52,179 nt of DNA from Polymyxa betae A26-41 (taxonomy: Eukaryota; Protista; Endomyxa: Phytomyxea), in contig RBZT01000136.1 of the NCBI GenBank assembly GCA_003693705.1, positions 1 to 52,179 on the forward strand, written 5' to 3'. Shown piece by piece: positions 1-11,865 of the stretch; within the stretch, counting starts at the first letter, position 1; the number at the start of each line of letters is the position of its first letter. The translations under genes were made by a program, and so were the position numbers. The notes under the pieces were generated by a model. The model worked only from the letters and a program-made list of their open reading frames with translations, made no database searches and was not told the DNA's origin.

Positions 1-2810
1 TCTTTTTTCTTTTCGTCTTTCTTTTCGTCTTTCTTTTCGTCTTTCTTCTTGTCATCCTTCTTGTCATCCTTTTTGTCATCCTTCTTTTTGTCATCCTTTT
101 TGTCGTCTTTCTTTTCGTCTTTTTTCTTTTCGTCTTTCTTGTCGTCTTTTTTCTTGTCATCCTTCTTGTCATCCTTTTTGTCATCCTTCTTTTCGTCCTT
201 CTTTTTGTCATCCTTCTTTTTGTCGTCCTTTTTGTCGTCTTTCTTTTCGTCTTTTTTCTTGTCATCCTTCTTGTCATCCTTTTTGTCATCCTTCTTCTCG
301 TCCTTCTTTTTCTCATCCTCCTTTTTGTCATCCTTCTTGTCGTCTTTATTTTCGTCTTTCTTCTTGTCATCCCACTTGAAGTCTTTCTTGTCGTCTTTTT
401 TCTTGTCATCCTTCTTGTCATCCTTTTTGTCATCCTTCTTCTCGTCCTTCTTTTTGTCATCCTTCTTCTCGTCCTTCTTTTTCTCATCCTCCTTTTTGTC
501 ATCCTTCTTGTCGTCTTTCTTTTCATCTTTCTTCTTGTCATCCTTCTTGTCATCCTTCTTGTCATCCTTTTTGTCATCCTTCTTTTTCTCATCCTCCTTC
601 TTGTCATCCTTCTTGTCATCCTTTTTGTCGTCTTTCGTTTCGTCTTTCTTCTTCTCATCCTTTTTGTCGTCTTTCTTTTCGTCTTTCTTCTTGTCACCTT
701 TTTTGTCGTCTTTCTTTTCGTCTTTCTTTTCGTCATCCTTCTTTTCGTCTTTCTTTTCATCTTTTTGGTCGTCTTTCTTTTCGTCTTTCTTCTCGTCATC
801 CTTCTTCTCGTCTTTCTTTTCATCTTTTTTCTTTTCAACTTTCTTGTTATCCTTTTCGTCTTCTTTCTTTTCGTATTTCGTCTTGTCGTCCACCTTGTCT
901 TTTTTCGTCTCGGTCTTCTTCTTCTCGTCTTTCTTTTCATCTTTCTTCTTGTCAGCCCACCTGAAGTCTTTCTTTTCGTCTTGCTTTTCGTCATCCTTTT
1001 TGTCGTCTTTCTTTTCGTTTTTCTTCTCGTCATCCTTCTTGTCGTCTTTGTTTTCATCTTCCTTTGTGTCATCCTTCTTGTCGTCTTTGTCGTCTTTGTT
1101 TTCATCTTCCTTCGTGTCATCTTTTTTGTCGTCTTTATTTCCGTCGTTCTTCTTGTCATCTTTTTTGTCGTCTTTCTTTTCGTCTTTCTTCTCGTCATCT
1201 TCGTTCTCGTCTTTCTTTTCATCTTTTTTCTTTTCATCTATCTTGTTATCCTTTTCGTCTTCTTTCTTTTCGAATTTCGTCTTGTCGTCCACCTTTGTTT
1301 TTTTTGTCTCGGTCTTCTTCTTCTCGTCTTTCTTTTCATCTTTCTTCTTGTCATCCCACTTGAAGTCTTTCTTTTCGTCTTTCTTTTCGTCATCTTTTTT
1401 GTCGTCTTTCTTTTCGTCTTTCTTCTTGTCATCCTTCTTGTCGTCTTTGTTTTCATCTTCCTTTGTGTCATCCTTCTTGTGGTCTTTGTTTTCATCTTCC
1501 TTCGTGTCATTTTTTTTGTCGTCTTTATTTTCTTCTTTTTTGTCGTCATCCTTTTTCTCGTCTTTCTTTTCATCTTTCTTCTTGTCATCCCACCTGAAGT
1601 CTTTCTTTTCGTCTTGCTTTTCGTCATCCTTTTTGTCGTCTTTCTTTTCGTTTTTCTTCTCGTCATCCTTCTTGTCCTCTTTGTTTTCATCATCCTTTGT
1701 GTCATCTTTTTTGTCGTCTTTATTTTCGTCTTTCTTCTTGTCATCCTTCTTGTCGTCTTTGTTTTCATCTTCCTTCGTGTCATCTTTTTTGTCGTCTTTC
1801 TTTTCGTCTTTCTTCTTGTCATCCTTCTTGTCGTCTTTGTTTTCATCTTCCTTCGTGTCATCTTTTTTGTCTTCTTTCTTATCTTCATCTTTTTTGTCAT
1901 CCTTTTCGTCCTCTTTCTTTTCGTATTTCGTCTTGTCGTCCACCTTGTCTTTTTTCGTCTCGATCATCCAACCGTCCTTCTTCTCGGCTTTCCTTTCGTC
2001 GTTCTTATCGACATCTTTCTTGTTATCCTTTTCGTCTTCTTTCTTGTCGTCTTTCGTCGTGTCGTCCTCCTTGTCGTTTTTCGTCTCGATCTTCCAACCG
2101 TCCTTCTTCTCGTCTTTGTTTTCATCTTTGTTATCAACATCTTTCTTGTTATCCTTTTCGTCTTCTTTCTTTCGGTTTTTCGTCTTGTCGTTTTCCTTGT
2201 CTTTCTTCGTCTCGATCGTCCAACCGTCCTTCTTCTCGTCTTTCTTTTCGTCGTTCTTATCTTCGTCATTCTTGTTACCCTTTCTGTCTTCTTTGTTTTC
2301 GTATTTCGTCTTGTCGTCCACCTTGTCTTTATTCGTCTCGATCTTCTTCTTCTCGTCTTTCTTTTCATCTTTCTTATCTTCATCTTTCTTATCTTCATAT
2401 TTCTTGTCATCATTTTCGTCGTCTTTCTTTTCGTCTTTCGTCTTGTCGTCTTCCTTGTCTTTTTTCGTCTCGATCTTCCAACCGTCCTTCTTCTCGTCTT
2501 TCCTTTCGTCTTTCTTATCATCGTCTTTCTTGTTATCCGTTTCGTCTTCTTTCTTTCCGTCTTTCGTCTTGTCGTCTTTCTTTTCATCTTTCTTATCTTC
2601 GTCTTTCTTGTTACCCTTTCCGTCTTCTTTGTTTTCGTATTTTGTCTTGTCGTCCACCTTGTCTTTTTTCGTCTCGATCTTCTTCTGCTCGTCTTTCTTT
2701 TCATCTTTCTTATCTTCATCTTTCTTATCATCATTTTCATCGTCTTTCTTTTCGTCTTTCGTCTTGTCGTCCTCCTTGTCTTTTTTCGTCTCGATCTTCC
2801 AACCGTCGCT
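1..2810. repeat. Coding low-complexity tandem array of KKDD/KKDE units with longer nested blocks
   Basis: The + strand is almost entirely short units such as TTGTCATCCTTC and TTTTCGTCTTTC. Longer recurring blocks encode IETKKDKVDDKTKYE, DGWKIE and KDF(K/R)WD. Confidence 0.95.
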
Positions 2811-3110
2811 TATTTCTAGATTTGATTAAGATTAGAAATACTTTTTTGAATGCAACTTACCGTTGTTGGTTGAGTTTGGGTCTATCATATTGATTAAACT
2901 ATCTTCATCTGTTGGTTGTTTGTTGCTACCAAGTTTTTGGCCATATTGATCGGGACCGATCATATTAATTAAACTTTCGATATCTCTTTGATTGGCTCCG
3001 TTATCGGCTGGCTGGCCATGTACGACAGATATGGAGCTCAGCGATGATAATATCGCCATTAATATTAGAAGGAAAAAACATAAATTAGATCTCAGATGGC
3101 GAGCGATCAT
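1..3110 (-). CDS. Secreted low-complexity Lys/Asp/Glu repeat protein, >1000 aa, 3' end beyond the window edge
   Basis: Exon 1 (3110-2861) encodes a signal peptide (MIARHLRSNLCFFLLILMAILSSLSSISVVHG). A 45-nt intron at 2860-2816 (GTAAGT...CTAG) joins it in phase to EISDGWKIETKKDKEDDKTKDEKKDD. This frame reads K/D/E down to position 3 where checked. It is missing from the ORF track, presumably because it has no stop in the window. Confidence 0.85.
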
Positions 3111-3420
3111 GCTGCCAACCGATTAAATTACACAGAGAACAACAATAATAAAAACCGTCCATCAATTTATGGATTTGTTCATTATTAGTGACTCACACTT
3201 AAGGTTTAGATACGTCATCACAAACAGCTGGTAAAAGTTTTATAAACGACGGCATTCATCAGTACAGCGCATCCGTCAAAAGACTTGACAAATATTTGGC
3301 TTTGCTTGCAATCTAATGAAGCTAGTGTATTAAAGAGCGGGAATATCCGTTGTCTAGGTCAGGGAATTTCGCGAATTTCCTAGCACTGGCTGCGCATGCT
3401 CTCGTTGCATGTGAGCAGCA

Positions 3421-4860
3421 TCATGAATTCCTGGGGGTGCTTGGGGAGGCAGGGGCCGACACTTCAGCTTCAGCTCCGGCAAGCATGGAATGGGAATCTA
3501 TATCGGTAATGAGCAGGGCAATGGGGTCTTTACAACGAATCCTACCTGGTTTATTGTCTCCTACCGAATCTGACGTCTGCCTGTCGAGTTCTGCAGCCTT
3601 GAAAAACGCATCAGAAATGAATGTTTGTAGGGGGAATCAAGCATTACTTCAGTTGGAGAGGATTCATCCTGGTCCGCACAGCAGTTCAGCTGGCCGCAGT
3701 AACAGCAGATGTAACGAATACAGTCGAGGTCCTCGCGTACAACCAGGCCGTTGTGGGTGTAACAATACTGACAGATGAGAGCGTAGCGATTCGATGGCCC
3801 ATCAGCTAACAGATAGTCGCAGACACGATCGACCAGCGTCCTCTGCCGCCTATAGTTCGCCACATCTAGGTACCAAGTTATGATCGAAGAACAGGGAGGG
3901 TGACCACATAGCCCCGACCTTCGTATCCGGATCGACCAGAAAGGTCGGTCCCACCAGCCGACAGGTTGCCGGGTGATAACAAGTTCGTGGTCGCAACTGG
4001 CTCAGGCTCCTATAAAGAGAAATAAGGACACTGGGGGGCAACCGAAGACCAGTATGACTTCGGCGGTTAAATCAACGTCGCCAGACTCATCGTATTTCGA
4101 GACCAGCTCGCGAAGTTTCGAAAAATTCGTAAACTTTTTGAACTCGGCGATCTAAATAGAACGATTAGATATGGTACATGACATTGGATCATATTATAAC
4201 CTTATCATCCTGTACGGCTTTGAGCTCCTGAAGACGCTCTTCTACACAAACGTGAATTCCGAATACCGAATAAATCGCTTTTACACAATCGAGACCAAAA
4301 CGTGACGAAAAATGGAAAAGTTGACGATTTGAAAAAAAAACTTGCAAAAAATTCCAACCTAGTCGAGATATCTTGCGAGTAAAGAACCAGTTGATAGAGC
4401 GTTTGACGGAATAAACACTGAAATACAGTAATTAGCGTATTAGACACAATGAGTCCAGCTGTGATTACATGACCGGAAATAACGACAGCACGGCGACGCA
4501 TTCAGCGATGAACTCCTTGGTCCAGCGTCTCGGTTTACGACTGTATTCGGCAGCGCAGAGCAAGGCGAACGCCGTCCCAGAAATCTGCAGCATCGTCCGG
4601 CGAACTTCGCGAGCACGTCGCTTCGAGATACGAATTGAGCTGGCCGTCGATCGAATATTCTCCTCGTTCGAGCGAAACAGCTGCAGACACGAAAATCTCA
4701 GGACAATCGACAGATTCGCAGACTCCAAAAAAACCATAAAATAGGGAGAAACGCATTGTAAAATGAATAGGACGTCCGCAGAGAGAACGAACGAGACCTG
4801 TTCGTAATCGGTGACGGCGTCTGACTTGCGCGGAGAAAGCAGCCAGCTCCAGAGCCCCAT
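3421..4860 (-). CDS. LNP1: Lunapark ER-junction protein (multi-exon)
   Basis: Begins MG (myristoylation-type; MGLWSWLLSPRK), followed by two hydrophobic segments and WFFTRKISRL. A coiled region reads EERLQELKAVQDDK-IAEFKKFTNFSKLRELVSKYD. The diagnostic zinc ribbon is DRVCDYLLADGPSNRYALICQYCYTHNGL...YICCYCGQLN. About 7 short GT-AG introns splice in phase, and the stop TGA is at 3423-3421. Confidence 0.9.
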
Positions 4861-5195
4861 CGTCACAGATCGACAAGCTGCGGCGTCCTCCGAGACGGGC
4901 GCTGGACAACGAGCGGCAGCGGTGGCGAAGACGGCGCTGCAGAGACGCTTTAGGTGGCAGATCGCCCTTTGAAGACGAATTTGGGACTCGATCGCGCAAA
5001 TGCCGTGACTCACCTCAAAAAGCTCCGATGATGCAGAACGTGGCCGCCGGCGTCGTACCGGACCACCAGCCAGCCTGCATCGACCGATCGACAGCGTGGT
5101 CGGTCGCTGAACGTTAGCGAAAGGCGGTCATGCGTGGTAGCGTTTCCGAAGTTGGTTGGGGTTAGGGTTTAGGGTTTGGACAGTGATGATCTTTA

Positions 5196-8100
5196 TTAGG
5201 TGATCAGTAGGGGCCTTAACGCTGCATCGAGATGGGCGAGCGCCGTTGGGTTTAAGTCCGGGAACCGGGCTGCTAGCTGCGGGATCAGAGCTCCGGACGC
5301 CGTTAAGGACAGCACAGCATTGGTGGCGAACTCCTGCAGATCCTGCTGTGATGGAATATCGAAGGCGGTCAGGAACAGCGCCAATTGCAGGCGGTTGGCA
5401 GCGGCGGCGTCATCGCCCCGGATCCAGGAGGCCAGCAGCGCGCCGTATTCGGCGCTGTCCGCGAACATGGCGTTCAGTCGGGCCCGCAGTCCGCACACGA
5501 AATCGGGCTGTAACAATGCGGCGGCCGAACTGGTCCTGAACAACGGATTCGCGTCAGAAACGAAATCAAAATTACGGATTCAAAGTCCGTACGCATTCAG
5601 GACGAATTTCAGCTGCCAGATGGGCAGAGAACTGGTTGGACGCCGGGCCAGTTCGACCAGAGCGGCGTGAATCTGCAGATACGTGGCCAACATCTCGGGT
5701 GTATCACGGACCAGACAGTCGTACAGGACCGCGCGGCAAAACGTCCCTAGCTGACCGGGATCGGCGCACAGATTCCTGAACGCGAACAATGGTCAGGTAA
5801 CGGAACACGGTCAGGGACGAGTACGACGGCGTCCGGTACGTACTTGGCAAAGGCGGCCAGAATCGGGTCGGCGGACAGAGACTTGACCAGATCCCGGGTC
5901 GTACCCGGATTGAGGGGGAAGGGCCGCGCCACGATCCCCAGATGTCCGAGCGGGTCCTGCAGGTACGGCAAGTGGCCGGTACGGCGCTTCACGAACAGGA
6001 CGCCCCGGTCACGGATCTGGCGGACTTGGGCATCGTCGGACTATGCAACCAGATTAGGACCGCAACTACCGATAAGAAACGCAACNNNNNNNNNNNNNNN
6101 NNNNNNNNNNNNNNNNNNNNNNNNNNNNNNNNNNNNNNNNNNNNNNNNNNNNNNNNNNNNNNNNNNNNNNNNNNNNNNNNNNNNNNNNNNNNNNNNNNNN
6201 NNNNNNNNNNNNNNNNNNNNNNNNNNNNNNNNNNAGAAACGCAACACAAAACGTCCAAACTGGAAGATAAAAGCATAAAATTCGTGGCTGGGAGAAAGGA
6301 TTTGATTGGGCGTTTGTACGAACCTTAAAATTGAGAGTAACCTGCCAGAATCTGGGACTTGCAATACGTAATGTCTTAATAGAGTATAGATCAGGTAATA
6401 AACATGGTGCTGTAATAGATAATGATTTACTATCTGAATCTGTATCAATCAATACAGGGACCTGAATAATATCATTGAATGTAGTGACACATAATCCGAA
6501 CTGAGAGTAACGTACCAGTACGGGACGTCCTGTATCGATATCACGTGTATCAAGGTAACGTTGTGTAACACCCAGCACATACAAATGTCGCATCATCTGT
6601 AGATGGTATCGGTTATCATTAGTAGAGCGGGGCCAGCGCGGCCACAGGGTCATGAGCAGGACGGCCACGGACCCAGGACTGTTGCAGACGGCGTACCGGC
6701 CCGCACCCAGGAACAGGAACCCGATCGCCATATGCACAGCCATATGAAGTCCGTACGGCATGCCGGGGCGTGCTTTCACACGCAACGACCGTAACAGCGT
6801 GAACGTCTCCAGATGCCCCGTCCCGGACATGACTACGGCCAGGGCCAGTACGGCGGCGGCCAGGCCGTCGTTCAGCGTGCACCGATCCAGTACGGCGGCG
6901 CAGCGATCGCGCAACGACCACATCCATCGGACTTTATGGGCGAGTACGGCGGCGGCGGCGGCGTTGGCAGTGCCGGCGAATCTCAGCCCGAGTGCGAGAC
7001 AGGCGCCCGCAACGGCCTGACAGTACGACTGACGGACTTGTTCCATATCCAGATCGGAATCAATGACGCCACGAACATCATCGAGGTCGTTGGCGTGGCG
7101 TAACGCGGCCGGGATCTGGGCCTCGATCCAGTCGCGGGCGGGTACGACCTGGTCCCAGAGGACCAGTGCACGGCATGTAACGCGGAGCGCAACCTGGTCC
7201 GGGCGCAGATTGGCCAACGCCGTCAGGGTCGTCGGCAGCGCTAACCGGGCCGCGATGTTCATGTCATTGGTGCGCAGATACATGAGGCCGAGGGCCAGTA
7301 TGGCCCCGGGACCAGTGGTGGTGACATTGACGGCTTCGCCCTCCTTGACGACATTGGATCGGATCGGTTCGTAGACTCCATCACTGGCAGCACCACCACG
7401 CATTAATTTAGTGAGTCGATCAGCGAGATTAAGATCAGTAAGACCAACAGCATTATCACCAAGTCCAAGTGTAACTAGACCTAATGCCATACCAGCTGAT
7501 AGAGCATAAGCTTCACGATCATCTGCTAGATGAGGAGTAGGGCGTCGACCAATCTCTGTTAGTAACATCTCCGTCATCAAACGATTCGCTGTGCCCTAAT
7601 AAGAAACTATCAAAAACAGTTTTACAAAGTTGCGACAAATTTCAAAACCCAACGAGCTGAAAAAAAACGCGATGAAAATTCAGTACCTGATAGACGAGAC
7701 CAATGCCAACCAGTGCACAGGCCTGGACCAGTACGGGGATCTCCATATCTGGAGCGACACCAGTCGGTAGTAATGCTGGAATATGCAGAGCCAGCGTCTT
7801 AGTCGCCGATGTAGACTGCGACCCGCGCTCGGACGCCGCCAGGCCCAGCACGACCGCCATGGTGGTCGGGGCGTGTTTCTTCGACAGGTACCAATAGAGA
7901 TCGGCACGGGCCAAACCACGCAGATGTCCGTGCAGGCCCAGGGCCAGTAGGACGCCGGCATGCGCATGTGTTGGCTCTACGGGCCGATTATACACAATCC
8001 AGGCACGGTGTAGAGCGACGGCGGAAGCCGCGCAAGGTACGACACGCAGACCCGCCGCAAACCCGTTATGGAGGGCGGGCCAGCACGTCCAATCGTCGGG

Positions 8101-10779
8101 CATGCGCGCTGTATCTAACTGGACCAGGACGTTATTGGGACGTGTGCGGGCCGCTAACGTCAGCGGAGGGATCGGGAGCGGCTCGGTCACGATCGGCTCG
8201 ATGGACGACATGGTGAGCATGGCGCGGCCCACGGGCAGGGCCAGTACGCGCTCGGCCAGGTCGGCGAGCTGTTTCTGGTGGAGCTGGCCCGGGTCTTGGT
8301 CCTGGACAAGAGTCCAGTCCGTTACGGGCATCGTCACGACCACGGACGACCGTAGCAGACGACGCGCTTCCAGGACGCGGTGATCGCGTGCGAAACGTGC
8401 CCGAGCGCGTTGTACGACCAACAGGGTCCCGTCCAGATCGTCGGCATCCACGGACACCGGATCTTCGGTCATGGCCTGCGACGCCGTCGGGCACAGGTCG
8501 GGACGTTCGATCAGGGCGAATGCCGCCGCGGGCCAGTACGGGCGCGGCGACAGGCGGCAGGAGCGCAGGACGGCCCGTAAAGGCAGCGCGACGCCGAACG
8601 GCAGAATATCGAGGTCGGCGTGGTGCAGGCCGTACTGGAGCATGCGGAGGAAGACGTGTTCGGGATCGGACTCGGCCATGTCCGCGAACACGTAACAGAT
8701 GCGAATGGCCAGTGTGAGCGGTGACTGTAGATCGGGGCCGTGCGGGAACTTCGGGACGGCGATCTTGTAACGTAAACTGGTGAGAAGATGTGAGAGGAGA
8801 TGCAGAGGGGGTGGGCTGCTGCTGTTGTTCAGGTCCGAGGATGGGGTCCCGGGGAGGGGTAGATCCGGAAAATCACGCAGGCAGTGCTGGACGTGCAGTG
8901 GCCGTGCGGACTGCGCTGACATGCGAATTAGAAGAGCAGCGAGCGGACGGAGATGTTGACTGGACATTGAATCGAGTTTAAGTGATTCATACAGTAGATG
9001 AAGGGCATCTATAATATCACCAACAGACTCAGATAGATCAAGATCACAGCTCATAGTGGAATCCGTCTCCGATAGAACTTGGTCACGATCATCCTCGAAC
9101 GCATACAATGGTAACGTAACCTGACTGCGATGATATTCGGAATTGAGAAGATGCTCCCAGGAGGATGACCCCGTCGGCGGTTTCGGAGTTGCACGGGACC
9201 AGATTGCCTGCGAGAACGCCAAGAAATCGTTTGAGACGTGGTGAGCGCGGTCCTGAACATGTCCGAGCAGAGCGTACAGGCCCTGGGCTGGAATCCAACC
9301 CGTACAACACAGCGTATCGAAACAGAGCTGCGTCAGCGGCGACTTGAAGGTCGCAGTGAGATCGCAGCGGAAAGCGGACCCGGCGCTGTCCGTGACGGTA
9401 AACTGAGATCCGACCGCGTCCGACACGCAGCAAACATCTGTTTTCGAAGAGTCAGCACGACCATAAATTCACGAAAACGAATCATCTAAAAGAAGAGCAA
9501 GAAAATGTCACAGCTAGAAACTGTTTTGTGTGGGATAGAAGAAAACCAGTGGGGCTAGTATGGACCTGCAATACCGACAGCGATCTCGCAGCGTCGTACA
9601 GTTCCGGTCCAGAGTGTCAGACGCCGGGAGCGGCCAATGACGATGAGATCACGGTGCGTGGCGGCTCCAATGCGGCAGACTCCGTCGATTGAGACCGAAT
9701 CAATGGACTAAACAGTGTCAGATTGATGTTGAGCAGTCCGATGAGGAGATAAATCAGAATAGAGCGGAAATATGTGAAGAAGTGAAGAAGATAACAGGAA
9801 AATCGATTTCCAAAAGCAACTCGAACGCGGAAAAGAGTCCCAAAACTGGTTACATGAAGTTCAACTGGACGAGCATGAACATGTGCGACAAAAATAGAGG
9901 CAAACAGGGAAATGATGTCAAAGAGCGTTTATGGAACTGCAGCAATCAATCGCTGAAGAAAAGTAGAGATAAGCGAACAAATGCGATTTGACCCAAAAAA
10001 ACCCAGAACAACTGAAATATGAGAGATTGAAAGGCAGTTAGGGTTTAGGGTTAGGGTTATTGGCAGCTCACCTGTATAGTACATAGATGTTGCAGATCCA
10101 TACTGAATAGATCCAATCTGGCAGATTCTGGGTCACTCTGACAGCAGACAATACGAACTCCATCATCAGTCGTCGACAGATACAGACGACGTAACGGGGC
10201 CGGGACCGTCGTACTGGCCACCCGCTGCAGGCACATGCCCGCACTACCACCATCGTCATCGTCGTCATCATCACCCTCGTCGCATCGATCGGCGACCGTA
10301 CTGGTCCAGAGCCAGGCCTGACCTTGGCCGTAACTGACCAGGACGCCATCGCCATAGAAAACGCAGCGTTCGTCGGCGGCGAGCGTAGCGAGGCCGTGGT
10401 CAATCTCCAGCGGATGGTTCAGGAGGCGTACCTGCCCACCGACATCCAGGAGCAGGCCGCCGTCCGCAACCGGCCAGATCGACCGGATCGGGGCCGCGAA
10501 TGGCACCGTAAAGAAGCGGCCGTCGTCTGCGACGATTCTGAGCGTGTCGGGCATGGCGATGCAGAGCATCCGATGATGATCGAAATGGGCCCAGCATAGG
10601 TCCAGGACGGGATCGGGGACCGTGTATGAACGATTCCAGGCCCGGACATGGACCGTGCTGGGCGGGGCCAGGCGCAGCACGTCCGAGTCCGAGTACAGCC
10701 GGACGTGATGATCGCGGGGCCAGGGGGCCGGCACGACCCGGGCGTGCAAGGTCGGGATGCGGTCGCCAGACGACCCCAT
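5196..10779 (-). CDS. APC1: Anaphase-promoting complex subunit 1 (multi-exon)
   Basis: APC1 motifs include IDALHLLYESLKLD, LPFGVALPLR, RVLALPVGRAML, WPALHNGFAAGL, HAGVLLALGLHGHL, REAYALSAGMALGLVTLGLG, YGLHMAVHMAIGFLFLGAG, DNRYHLQMMRHLYVL and LFVKRRTGHLPYLQDP. The start is uncertain: ATG 10779 is preferred, with an in-frame ATG at 10950. Confidence 0.93.
6086..6234. other. Assembly gap (149 N) inside an APC1 intron
   Basis: The N-run lies between donor GTTCGT (~6323) and acceptor CATAG (~6041). AGAAACGCAAC occurs on both sides of it. Confidence 0.9.
10038..10059 (+). repeat. Interstitial telomere-like repeat (TTAGGG/TTTAGGG) in APC1 intron 1
   Basis: TTAGGGTTTAGGGTTAGGGTTA. Similar short tracts occur at 5158, 13301, 18607, 33932, 37409, 40662, 43322 and 44670. 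Confidence 0.8.
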
Positions 10780-11865
10780 CGGTCGGAGCAGGGACACTGA
10801 ACGAGATGCACAACCCTTTCGAGGTTCGGACTCGGCAGGAACAGAAAATTGCGCGCACTTTTCAGGAAATGTGCGTCTAAGAAGTTGAAATACTGCGTCT
10901 GTTTTCTCGAAGTGCGCGACATGTTCTGTAGCGGAGAGAAGCGCCAACATGGCTCTGCAGAAGGGTGGTGACTAAACCGGGTTGCAGAATAAAGATAAGA
11001 GGGTAAATAGCACCGATTCCGTCTTTATTCGAAAGCTAAGTACCAAATCTGCGGATCAATCTGGTGATTTTGCCAGACGATTCGATGATTCCGGATGATA
11101 CCTCTCTAAAGCAACGCCGGAGCATGCATCCAATGCATTTTAGAGCAGAGTTACTGTCGTATTCGTGCAAACAATTTTCTCAGATTGTCAATATGGGATC
11201 CTGCAATTAGATACAGACATGTGTAGCTCCGTTGGAGTTCTTGTTCAAGACTGCCTAGATTACAATGATTGATGTTCTATCCAGGGCCCAGGTCGGCTCA
11301 AAAGTACATTATTTCCTAATTCTACTGAGAAAAAAGACTTTCATTGGGCAATATGAATAGCGGGAGCCGCGAGTTTCTTACTGAACAACAAAAACAGCAG
11401 CCCTAATAGATCGACTATGTGAGGAATGACCAGTTAGACGGAACCAGCAACGAATTTGGAAACAAATTTCACAGCCATCAATCCTTCTAACAGAATTTCT
11501 GCATCTCGCTCATTCTAGGATTCACATCAAATTGATCCAACATCAATGCACAAGGTTGATTAAGCACTCTATCATCAGCGTAGCATCCCTTGTGGAACCG
11601 GCAAATTCGGTCACTTTTGTTCAAGTTTATCCGTTGCGCAGTGATGAAGAACGACCTGTTGCAGACAAAATATAAATTCAACGCAGCCGGCTCATTGGAT
11701 ACGGCGGAATCTGACACGACATCGAATGAATGGGATCGTAGCAAAAGACAAAGAAAATTCTACATTGAGTTGAGAGCGAACCCGTACTACATGACGAATC
11801 TAAAGAAAGATCTTTATAAGGAGGTGCCCGATATCTGAACCTGTCTATCAGCAAACAGGGACCTG

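Noticed and set aside
49-2829. 926-aa S/F/L and 684-aa V/F/L/I + strand ORFs, and K/T/R/M minus-strand ORFs
   Set aside because: These are shadow frames of the repeat. The A-poor + strand rarely forms stops, the two long + ORFs start at TTG, and only the K/D/E frame splices to the signal-peptide exon.
5200-10922. Many short GC-rich ORFs overlapping APC1
   Set aside because: They are antisense or alternate-frame by-products of GC-rich coding sequence.
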